This document shows, one piece after another, positions 18,730 to 27,102 of a DNA stretch of 64,000 nt (positions are counted from its first letter, which is position 1; each line of letters begins with the position of its first letter). The DNA is taken from positions 20,162-84,161 of the forward strand of contig JAOAPF010000265.1 of the NCBI GenBank assembly GCA_025462755.1, in the 5' to 3' direction. This DNA comes from Edaphobacter sp. (GTDB taxonomy: Bacteria > Acidobacteriota > Terriglobia > Terriglobales > Acidobacteriaceae). A program made the translations under genes and the position numbers. The notes below the pieces were generated by a model that saw only the letters and a program-made list of their open reading frames with translations, made no database searches and was not told the DNA's origin.

Positions 18730-21711
18730 ATGCAGAAGCACACTCGCATGAACTTTTCGCGCTTCTGCTTCGTCTCTTCCGTGTTTCTCCTGACCCTATG
18801 TGCGGTCGCAGCCGCGTACACAGGGGCTAATGCGAAAGAGCGTGACAGAGCCGCAGAACCGCCCCTTTTGGGAGCCTGGGGGCACCAGGCGTGGTCAAGC
18901 GAGAACGGCCTTCCGCAGAACAGTGTTCACCAGATCCTCCAAACTCGTGATGGATACCTCTGGATCGCTACCGAAGGAGGCGTGGCCCGCTTCAACGGCA
19001 TTCAGTTCACCCCGTTCAACCAGGAGAACGAGCCAGCGTTCACCAGCAACGATGCCTGCTGCCTCGCCGAAGATCGCAGTGGTGCTCTTTGGATTGGAAC
19101 TTCCGATGGTCTTCTGCGATACGCAGGGGGTGCGTTCCGCCGCTACACAACTGCAGACGGACTGCCATCTCCCGTTGTTTCGTCAATCGCTCCCACCGAT
19201 GATGGCTTCCTACTTGTACTGACCAGCGACGGTTTTGCAAGGTATGACGGACAGAAGTTCACTCCTCTAGATCTTTCCGCCTCCGCACTTGGTTCCGGTC
19301 CCAATGACAGCGTTTGGCTCGCTACGACGACCGGGCTCTTTACGTATAATCGGGCGCGTCTGCGCAACGTACCGCTAGCCGGCCTCCCAAAGGAGCCGAT
19401 CGAGGGCCTAGGTTCCCTGCAGGATGGCTCGCAGTGGGTGCGAACGCGCACTGCCTTCCTGCTGTGGAACCACGGCCATCTGCGTATATGGCATATCGGA
19501 CGCGAGTTGCCAGGGGCACGAGTACAATCCTTTTTCGCGGACTCACGTGGGATTCTCTGGGTCGGCACCGACCAGGGTCTTGTTTCGTTATCATCGGCAC
19601 CCAGAGCCGACAACGAACCACTTGAGATACAGCCTGCCATAGGTGCCACCTCCATCCTGACAACGTTCGAGGATCGAGAGCACAATCTCTGGGTCGGCAC
19701 CGATACGACTGGGCTACATATTCTTCGACAGCAGAAGTTCCGAACATTGTCTTCCCTTTCGGGTTATCCCATTACGGCCATCACGCAGACCGTGGACCGA
19801 ACACTATGGATGGGCAGCAAAAGCGAAGGCCTGTTCCGTTACCTCCGCGGTAAAACTCGCCGCTTTTCCACAAAAGATGGCCTGATCAGTGACGTCATCC
19901 TTACAGTCTCCGCAGATCGAGATGGCTCCCTCTGGATCGGTACACCAGACGGACTCAATCATCTGCACAGGGAGAAAATTGGCTCCTACACCTCTGCAGA
20001 TGGATTACCCGACGATTTCATCCGTTCTCTCTACGCAGACCGAGATGGAAGCCTGTGGATTGGCACGCGTCGTGGCCTTGCGCATTGGCAAAGCGGGCAC
20101 TTCACCGTCCTGTCCCGTGCCAATGGCCTGCCAAGTGATCTGATCGGCGCCATGCTGCGATCGAGTTCCAACGACCTTTGGGTCGGCACGCTGGATGGGC
20201 TCGCCCGCATAAGGGACGATAGGGTGACAGTATTTACCAAGGCGCAGGGACTTTCGGGAGATGTCATCACTTGCCTGCTCGAAGACATGAAAAACCACAC
20301 GCTTTGGGTGGGCACAAGAAATAATGGGCTTAGCCGTTCATCGGGGAATGGCTTCTCCCCCATCCACGCGCCGGATATTCCCCGAGAAATCGACACGATC
20401 CTTGAGGACGGCATTGGTTATCTCTGGCTCGCCTCAACCCAGGGGGTCGTTCGCGTTCTGGCGTCGGAGCTAATGGCCTGCGGAGAGGCAGCGTGTTTTC
20501 CTCACATCGCCACCTATGGCTCTTCCGATGGACTGCCCACTGACGAGATGTCGTCAACCGGGCATCCTGGCGGCTGGAGAGCGATCGATGGGCGTTTCTG
20601 GTTTGCGACTCGCAAGGGCGTCGCCGCTCTAGATCCAACAAATCTGCGCGAAAACCGCACGCCACCATCCGTGGTTGTGGAACGTTTCACGGTCGATGAC
20701 ATTGGATTCGAAAATAGAAGTAAGGAGATAACAATTCCGGCAGGCCATGTAAAGTATGGCTTCGAATACGCGGGTCTCAGTTACGTCTCGCCCTCCAGAT
20801 TGCGTTATCGATACATCCTCGAAGGATTCGACAAGCAGTGGACGCAAGCTGGTTCACGCCGCAATGCCTACTACACTAATCTTCCGCCGCGACACTATCG
20901 GTTTCGGGTACAGGCGGCCAATGAAGATGGCATTTGGAACGAAACAGGCTCCGAAGTGGCTTTTCTTATCAAACCGCGGTTCTATCGCACGCTATGGTTT
21001 TCCGGACTCGCCACACTTCTGCTCGTCGGCCTTATCTTCGCGATATACAGGATGCGTGTTCGTGCAATTCGTTCGCAGTTCAACGCGATCCTCGGGGAGC
21101 GCAACCGCATCGCGCGGGAAATTCACGATACGCTGGCGCAGGGGTTCGTCGGCGTCTCTATACAGCTTGAGCTGACCGCCCATCTGCTCTCTCAATCTCG
21201 TGTAGAGGAGGCTAGTCAGCAGGTCGACCGCACACGGGATCTAGTCCGGGAGGGACTTGCTGACGCTCGCCGCAGCATATGGGACTTGCGAGCGGCCAGC
21301 ACACAGGCCACGCTTCCAGTGCGGCTCACGCACCTCGTGGAACAAAGCACGACAGGACATCTAAAGACTGCGATAGAAATCGGAGGTATCTATCGGGCCC
21401 TCTCTCCGGCTCTCGAGAACGAAGTCGTACGAATTGCGCAGGAGGCACTGGCAAACGCAGTCCGTCACTCCGGAGCGTCCCGTGTTGCGATAGATCTACG
21501 CTATCATCCAAACGAGCTCACACTAACGGTCCGCGATAATGGCATCGGATTCCATACGACTGACACAACTCTGCCTGCAAAGGGACACTTTGGACTTCAG
21601 GGAATGCGCGAACGTGCTGATCAGATTGGCGCAAGCTTGCAAGTGGAGAGTTCGCCTGAAACCGGCACAACCGTCACGCTGAGGGTGCCGCTATCGAACG
21701 GAAAGGAATGA
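18730..21711 (+). CDS. Sensor histidine kinase with two-component propeller repeats, Y_Y_Y and HisKA_3/HATPase domains
   Basis: Repeated GLP..(D..G.LWIGT..GL) units, YTNLPP..Y.FRV, TM segment, ERNRIAREIHDTLAQ, QEALANAVRHS, DNGIGF, GHFGL.GMRER. Start uncertain (18679/18730/18748). Confidence 0.92.
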   Translation: MQKHTRMNFSRFCFVSSVFLLTLCAVAAAYTGANAKERDRAAEPPLLGAWGHQAWSSENGLPQNSVHQILQTRDGYLWIATEGGVARFNGIQFTPFNQENEPAFTSNDACCLAEDRSGALWIGTSDGLLRYAGGAFRRYTTADGLPSPVVSSIAPTDDGFLLVLTSDGFARYDGQKFTPLDLSASALGSGPNDSVWLATTTGLFTYNRARLRNVPLAGLPKEPIEGLGSLQDGSQWVRTRTAFLLWNHGHLRIWHIGRELPGARVQSFFADSRGILWVGTDQGLVSLSSAPRADNEPLEIQPAIGATSILTTFEDREHNLWVGTDTTGLHILRQQKFRTLSSLSGYPITAITQTVDRTLWMGSKSEGLFRYLRGKTRRFSTKDGLISDVILTVSADRDGSLWIGTPDGLNHLHREKIGSYTSADGLPDDFIRSLYADRDGSLWIGTRRGLAHWQSGHFTVLSRANGLPSDLIGAMLRSSSNDLWVGTLDGLARIRDDRVTVFTKAQGLSGDVITCLLEDMKNHTLWVGTRNNGLSRSSGNGFSPIHAPDIPREIDTILEDGIGYLWLASTQGVVRVLASELMACGEAACFPHIATYGSSDGLPTDEMSSTGHPGGWRAIDGRFWFATRKGVAALDPTNLRENRTPPSVVVERFTVDDIGFENRSKEITIPAGHVKYGFEYAGLSYVSPSRLRYRYILEGFDKQWTQAGSRRNAYYTNLPPRHYRFRVQAANEDGIWNETGSEVAFLIKPRFYRTLWFSGLATLLLVGLIFAIYRMRVRAIRSQFNAILGERNRIAREIHDTLAQGFVGVSIQLELTAHLLSQSRVEEASQQVDRTRDLVREGLADARRSIWDLRAASTQATLPVRLTHLVEQSTTGHLKTAIEIGGIYRALSPALENEVVRIAQEALANAVRHSGASRVAIDLRYHPNELTLTVRDNGIGFHTTDTTLPAKGHFGLQGMRERADQIGASLQVESSPETGTTVTLRVPLSNGKE

Positions 21712-21715
21712 AGGA

Positions 21716-22342
21716 ATGGCAGATCAAATCAGGACTCTGGTAGTAGACGACCATCATGTTGTGAGACAAGGGCTCGTCGCCCTACTTAGAGTCATCCCGG
21801 AGATCGAGATCGTTGGCGAAGCAAGCGACGGCCTTCAGGCTGTCGAGCTGCACCGCAGCTTGCAACCCGATATTACCCTTATGGACTTGCAGCTTCCGAA
21901 CCTGGGAGGGGTCGCCGCCATAACTCGTATCCGGGCAGAAACCCCAATGGCACGGTTTATCGTCCTGACGACTTTTGACGGGGACGAAGATATCTTTCGT
22001 GCGTTACAGGCTGGGGCCAAAGCCTATCTGCTTAAGGGAATGACCATCGATGATTTGCTCAGTACCATCCGCCTGGTTCACGCCGGCAAAACCAGCATCT
22101 CGCCGGCAATCGCCGAAAAGCTCGCCGAGCGCATCGGCACGCAGGATCTTACTGCGCGAGAACTCGCTGTCCTCGAGCGGATTGTTGCTGGCCGTGCAAA
22201 TAAGGAAATTGCGTCAGACCTTGCGATCTCCGAGGCAACAGTCAAAACTCACGTTAACAACTTGTTAAGCAAGCTTGGTGTCAATGACCGCACAAACGCA
22301 GCTACCGTCGCGATTCAGCGCGGCCTTGTCCATTTCAAATAA
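21716..22342 (+). CDS. NarL/LuxR-family response regulator
   Basis: VVDDH, LMDL, GAKAYLLK, LTARE..VL...NKEIA..L.ISE.TVKTHV. Confidence 0.93.
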   Translation: MADQIRTLVVDDHHVVRQGLVALLRVIPEIEIVGEASDGLQAVELHRSLQPDITLMDLQLPNLGGVAAITRIRAETPMARFIVLTTFDGDEDIFRALQAGAKAYLLKGMTIDDLLSTIRLVHAGKTSISPAIAEKLAERIGTQDLTARELAVLERIVAGRANKEIASDLAISEATVKTHVNNLLSKLGVNDRTNAATVAIQRGLVHFK

Positions 22343-22352
22343 GGCCACCTAT

Positions 22353-22862
22353 ATGAAGATGTCCATGGTTCTTCTTCTGCTAACTCTTTTCCCGCCTTCG
22401 GTCTGGGCCCAGGCTAAACCTGGATGGCGTTCCGCAACAACGGAGGAACTTAAGGCTGTGTTGCCGTTGCGTGCTCCCGTGGAGAAGGAGCGCATCGAAA
22501 CTGAGATGCGTACTGCATCGGGTATCATCAATTCACACCGGAAAGTCATTGCCGGGGTGGTCCTTATCACTGCGGGGTACTCCGCGGATGGAAAATATTC
22601 TCACTATCTCGTCGTTCAGACGCCGATCACAATAGCCGAAATCGCCCTTACCCCAGGCTCTTACGTCTTCGGCTGGCAACGGACTGACGAAGGTCTCGCC
22701 GTCAAGTTTTACGAGGCGACTAGCGGAATCGAACGTGGCACAGCCACCGCACATCGGATGACGCAGGGGAGCCGTGTCGAGTCTTTTCGCTTGTGGCCCC
22801 CCGGAGATCAATCCATTCTGCAGATCGGACGATTTAGCCTTCCCTACCGATTGACGGAGTAG
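22353..22862 (+). CDS. Secreted hypothetical protein (paralog of 2432-2992)
   Basis: MKMSMVLLLLTLFPPSVWA signal peptide; shared TAGYS/KY..YL/L.PG.Y motifs; starts 10 bp after the regulator stop. Confidence 0.8.
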   Translation: MKMSMVLLLLTLFPPSVWAQAKPGWRSATTEELKAVLPLRAPVEKERIETEMRTASGIINSHRKVIAGVVLITAGYSADGKYSHYLVVQTPITIAEIALTPGSYVFGWQRTDEGLAVKFYEATSGIERGTATAHRMTQGSRVESFRLWPPGDQSILQIGRFSLPYRLTE

Positions 22863-22925
22863 ATAAGGACAATCCATGTTTTCGATGGTTCAGAGTGAGC
22901 GCTCTTTTTTTCCGGGCATGGTGGA

Positions 22926-23029
22926 GTGGTGTTTTTGCAGGGGGTTTTGCAAAATTGGGACGGCAGAGTGTGGTGTTTTTGTGGTCAGTTTGTGGTGAAA
23001 TGCGTGGTAAACGATGGTAGGTTGATGGT
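22926..23029. repeat. GT-rich array of ~11-bp-phased TGGT repeats
   Basis: GTGGTGTTTTTG at 22926 and 22970; TGGT at 22927, 22971, 22982, 22993, 23005, 23015, 23026. Confidence 0.7.
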
Positions 23030-23305
23030 CATATCTTGCTACTGAAAAGTACGCCACAATTTCCAACTTTATTTTTTCCTCGTTGAACTGATCTTCGATA
23101 AACGTTTCGATCGAGCCGCCGGGGCGTGAGGGAGACCTGCGTTTCCAACGCGCGCGACGAGAGATGGGGCGGGATCTATCGCCGGCATTGCGTCGTCTAA
23201 CCTGCAGAAGTATCATGGCGGTCCACGATGGAGACGAGCCTTTATTCGGCCGAACTTGTCTTGCGGCTGGCTTCGGAACAGATGCTGATTCTTTGGCTAC
23301 GTGGG

Positions 23306-24457
23306 ATGCGCAGGGTTGCAATCTTATTGTTGCTGGTGGGAAGTGCCTTATCGAGCGCGGCGGTCCGGCCAGTTACGGCGGAGCAGCTGGAGCAGATCCT
23401 TGCGGCAACTCACAACGCGCCGGACGCCCAAGTGGCGGCTCAAATCTCTGATCTGACATTGATTGAGCGGTTGAGTCCTGCGGTACTTACACGCTGCGAG
23501 GCAAGCTTAGCGGGTCCGCGCGCCCGACAGGCGTTCATGGCGTTGGTTGATATGTCTGCGTTCCTCGATCCTCCCGCCGCCCAAATGCCAGCACTTCCCA
23601 AGCCAGACTCCGAAGCCCAACGCAAGATGATCGCGTTGACGGTGGACTATGTGAGTAAGACGATTCACCAGTTGCCGAACTTCTACGCCACACGAGTTAC
23701 CACCACTTTTCAGGACAATCCATCTTTTGACGAGTCGAAGATGAGCGACCGAAGGAAGATCCCGAACATCTTTATCATCTCGAAGCCATTGCATCCCGTC
23801 GCAAGGTACAGCGCGACCGTGCTTTACCGCAAGGGCCGCGAGGAGGTTCATGCGGAAGCCGCTCAATCGAGAGCGCGGGGGTTGACCTCATCGGGAGAGT
23901 TTGGACCCATTCTGAGTATGTCGTTGCTTGACGCTGCTCAGGGCCATCTGGTCTGGAGTCGCTGGGAACAGGGAGCGGCAGGGCCGGAGGCAGTGTTCCG
24001 CTTCGCGGTGTCGGCGGAAAAGTCGCACTACGAGGTAAGTTATTGCTGCATTATCAAGACCGATGGGGTTCGGGTTTATTATCGGCAATTTTCTGCTTAT
24101 GAAGGAGAGATCACGATTGATCCATCGAACGGAACGGTTCTTCGGCTGTCTCTGAAGGCAACGGGCCTTAGAAACACCGATCCGATTGTTAAAGCCAATA
24201 TCATGGTCGAGTACGGTCCTGTGGAGCTCGGCGGAAGAACCTACATTTGCCCGCTAAAGGGCATCGCTCTTTCGTTGGCGTCGGAAGTACAGCCCTCGCT
24301 GGGTGCACGCGAGGAGGATTTTCCGCCGCTTCAGACGTCGCTCAATGAGGTCATCTTCGAGCAATATCACTTGTATCACGCGGAGTCGCATGTGTTGCCT
24401 GGATATACCAAGGAGCAGCTGCAAAAGCCGCCCGAAGACAGCAAACCTCCGGATTAA
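23306..24457 (+). CDS. Secreted hypothetical protein
   Basis: Long ORF (23228-24457); signal peptide from MRRVAILLLL (23306); T.EQLEQ.L..D..VA.QI..L.L.ERLS, LPNFYATR, GEFG, VEYGPVELGG.TYICP. Confidence 0.75.
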   Translation: MRRVAILLLLVGSALSSAAVRPVTAEQLEQILAATHNAPDAQVAAQISDLTLIERLSPAVLTRCEASLAGPRARQAFMALVDMSAFLDPPAAQMPALPKPDSEAQRKMIALTVDYVSKTIHQLPNFYATRVTTTFQDNPSFDESKMSDRRKIPNIFIISKPLHPVARYSATVLYRKGREEVHAEAAQSRARGLTSSGEFGPILSMSLLDAAQGHLVWSRWEQGAAGPEAVFRFAVSAEKSHYEVSYCCIIKTDGVRVYYRQFSAYEGEITIDPSNGTVLRLSLKATGLRNTDPIVKANIMVEYGPVELGGRTYICPLKGIALSLASEVQPSLGAREEDFPPLQTSLNEVIFEQYHLYHAESHVLPGYTKEQLQKPPEDSKPPD

Positions 24458-24658
24458 GCGGAGCGTTTGGATCTTCTGGGAAAAGGAGGCGGGTTTCATC
24501 CCTGATCGGGAGGGGAGACTACGGACCTTTGCCGCGGGACGCAAAATCTCGCGTCTCGACAGGAACGTCGGCTGTCGCCGCCTTCTGAGAAAACCTGCAT
24601 ACGGGTGAGGCCGCTACATGGTAAACATGTTGTTGGAACTCCGATAGCTTAGAGATCG

Positions 24659-26611
24659 ATGCGGAACTTCTTCCCTTCGACAGACCGGATCGGAAGAACG
24701 TTTATAAGGACCAAGTTTATGGGTAGTACTCGTCGTACAGTTCGCAGTTTCTCATCGCAATATTTTCCCTGTGCTATTTTTCTGTGTGCTGTCATCTCGT
24801 TGGGTCAGGGGAGGTCAGCCGCTCAAACCGGTGCGCCGAGCGTTCCTGCTCAGGCCTCGCCGCAAACCGCACCCCAAGGGAAGAACCAGGAACCACAAGC
24901 GGGAGGAGTGAACACTGGCGGGGTCCATGCAGCGGTGCTCGACAGCGAGCACAGGCCAATCACCGCTGGGGGTTTCGTCAAAAGCGGCCCTGTCCTCTTT
25001 CAGGACGTAGCCCAAAAAGCGGGCCTGGCGACCTGGAAGCACACGATGGGGACTCCTGAGAAGCATTACATCATTGAGTCAAACGGCTCCGGCGTGGGCC
25101 TGCTTGACTACGACAATGATGGCTGGCTGGATATTTATTTCGTCAATGGCTCGACAGTCGACGCCACCACCGGGAAAGCGGGAGCGCCGAAAGCCGCGCT
25201 TTTTCACAACAATCACGACGGCACCTTCACCGACGTCGCCGCAAAAGCAGGCGTGACCAATGAGCGATGGGGCGTTGGTGTTGCCATCGCCGACTATGAC
25301 AACGATGGCTGGCCGGATATTTATGTAAGCAACTTTGGCAAGAACCGCCTTTATCACAACAACCATGACGGCACGTTCACCGATGTGGCCGAAAAAGCCG
25401 GCGTGACGCTGGGTAACTGGTCGACCGGCGCAACCTGGGGAGATTACGACGGCGATGGCAGGCTTGATCTCTTTGTGCCCGGCTACGTTCACTACGATAT
25501 GGCAAACCAGCCGGTCTCGAGCAACGGGGGGGCGACGTTGTGCCAGTTTCGCGGCGAAGAGGTGATGTGCGGCCCGCGCGGCCTGAAGGGGGAACCCGAC
25601 CATCTGTTTCACAACAATGGCGACGGAGCTTTTACAGACGTCAGTGAAAAGGCCGGTGTTGCAGATAAGAGCGGTTACTATGGGCTTGCTTCCCTCTTCA
25701 TCGATGTCAATGACGACGGCAAGCCTGATCTTCTTGTCGCGGACGATTCGACGCCGAACTATCTCTACCTGAACAAGGGAGATGGTACCTTCGAGGACGC
25801 GAGCTACGCCTCTGGTTATGCGCTGAATGAGAATGGCCGTGAGACGGCATCGATGGGCATTGCCTTTGGCGACTATCGGAATAACGGGCTGCTGGATTTT
25901 TACAACACTACCTTTTCCGACGACTACAATCCGCTGTACCGAAACGATGGCAATGCAAACTTCACTGACGTGAGCTACCCCATGGGAATTGCCGAGCCCA
26001 CGATTCCCTTTCTTGGCTGGGGTACGGCGTTCCTGGACTTCGACAACGATGGCTGGAAGGATCTCGTGGTTGCGAACGGCCATGTTTATCCGAGCGTCGA
26101 CCGTACCAACTGGGGAACTACGTTGGCACAGCGTCCCCTGCTCTTCCGCAATATCGAGGGGAAAAAATTTGACCTTATGCCTGCTGTGGAAGGCAGCGGG
26201 CTTGCCAACGTCTACGTTGGAAGAGGCGTGGCGGTTGGAGATTTGTTTAATAACGGAAAGCTCGACGTTGTGATCAACGTTTTGGACGGCCACCCAGCTT
26301 TGCTGCGGAACGTATCACCCGATACTCATCACTGGTTGGAATTTAAGCTGATAGGCGGTCCGAAGAGCCCGCGGGACGCTGTAGGGGCTACGGTATACGT
26401 TAGTTGTGGCGCGCAACGGCAGCGTGGAGATGTTGTCTCAGGCGGGAGCTATGCGTCGACTCATGATCCTCGGCTTCACTTTGGCCTTGGTGATGCGACG
26501 TCTGTAGACATGGTCGAGGTGCATTGGCCAAGTGGGGCGAAAGAAAAATTCTCGATTGGCAAGACGGACCAGATTGTGACGCTGGTTGAGGGTAAGGGAA
26601 CGAAGTTGTAA
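24659..26611 (+). CDS. CRTAC1 / ASPIC-UnbV family protein with FG-GAP/VCBS repeats
   Basis: Multiple DYDNDG.D and NNHDGTFTDV repeats; C-terminal RDAVGA.V...GGSYAS..D.RLHFGLG...V.WPSG. Confidence 0.9.
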   Translation: MRNFFPSTDRIGRTFIRTKFMGSTRRTVRSFSSQYFPCAIFLCAVISLGQGRSAAQTGAPSVPAQASPQTAPQGKNQEPQAGGVNTGGVHAAVLDSEHRPITAGGFVKSGPVLFQDVAQKAGLATWKHTMGTPEKHYIIESNGSGVGLLDYDNDGWLDIYFVNGSTVDATTGKAGAPKAALFHNNHDGTFTDVAAKAGVTNERWGVGVAIADYDNDGWPDIYVSNFGKNRLYHNNHDGTFTDVAEKAGVTLGNWSTGATWGDYDGDGRLDLFVPGYVHYDMANQPVSSNGGATLCQFRGEEVMCGPRGLKGEPDHLFHNNGDGAFTDVSEKAGVADKSGYYGLASLFIDVNDDGKPDLLVADDSTPNYLYLNKGDGTFEDASYASGYALNENGRETASMGIAFGDYRNNGLLDFYNTTFSDDYNPLYRNDGNANFTDVSYPMGIAEPTIPFLGWGTAFLDFDNDGWKDLVVANGHVYPSVDRTNWGTTLAQRPLLFRNIEGKKFDLMPAVEGSGLANVYVGRGVAVGDLFNNGKLDVVINVLDGHPALLRNVSPDTHHWLEFKLIGGPKSPRDAVGATVYVSCGAQRQRGDVVSGGSYASTHDPRLHFGLGDATSVDMVEVHWPSGAKEKFSIGKTDQIVTLVEGKGTKL

Positions 26612-26620
26612 CGGCTTTGG

Positions 26621-27025
26621 TTAGCGGGATTGGGTTGCCGAGGCTGTTGTTTTACCGGCTTTTCGCTTGGTGTGGAGAAAGTCCACGAGGTCTTTGATCT
26701 CGTCCGGCTGAAGAACATCTCCGAAGGCGGGCATGGCTGCGCCACCATTGTGAATCTGATGCTCGATTTGCTGCTTCTTCAGGCGTTTTCCGACGGTGCT
26801 GAGGTCTGGTCCTAAGTCCCCTCCACGGCCATTTACGCCGTGACAATGCTCGCATCCCTTTTCGTGGAAGAGCGCCGCCCCGGAGTCCTTGCTTTTGCTG
26901 GAGTAGGCGTGAACGATCTGAGTGGACGGTCGTGGCAGACAGCATGCCAGAGCTACTACAAGGGCCGCGAAACACAGGGAAATACAGATTCGCGTCGGGA
27001 CTTTGCGGTTACTTTGCAGAGAAAT
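26621..27025 (-). CDS. Monoheme cytochrome c (absent from ORF track; no ATG/GTG/TTG start)
   Basis: Hand translation: ISLQSNRKVPTRICISLCFAALVVALACC...GAALFHEKGCEHCHGVNGRGGDLGPDLSTVG...IHNGGAAMPAFGDVLQPDEIKDLVDFL...TAA (26621). CxxCH at 26840-26854, distal Met in MPAF. Candidate starts ATT 27025 or CTG 27019. Confidence 0.85.
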   Translation of the reverse strand: MSLQSNRKVPTRICISLCFAALVVALACCLPRPSTQIVHAYSSKSKDSGAALFHEKGCEHCHGVNGRGGDLGPDLSTVGKRLKKQQIEHQIHNGGAAMPAFGDVLQPDEIKDLVDFLHTKRKAGKTTASATQSR

Positions 27026-27102
27026 GGGGATCTTTCTGCGATGATTTATCGCGGATGGCGCGGCTGTTCCTACTAAGACTACAGGCCAGGGCGGCTGCGT
27101 GC

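Noticed and set aside
22890-23321. 143-aa minus-strand ORF
   Set aside because: Crosses the low-complexity TGGT array and overlaps the next gene's start; no protein features.
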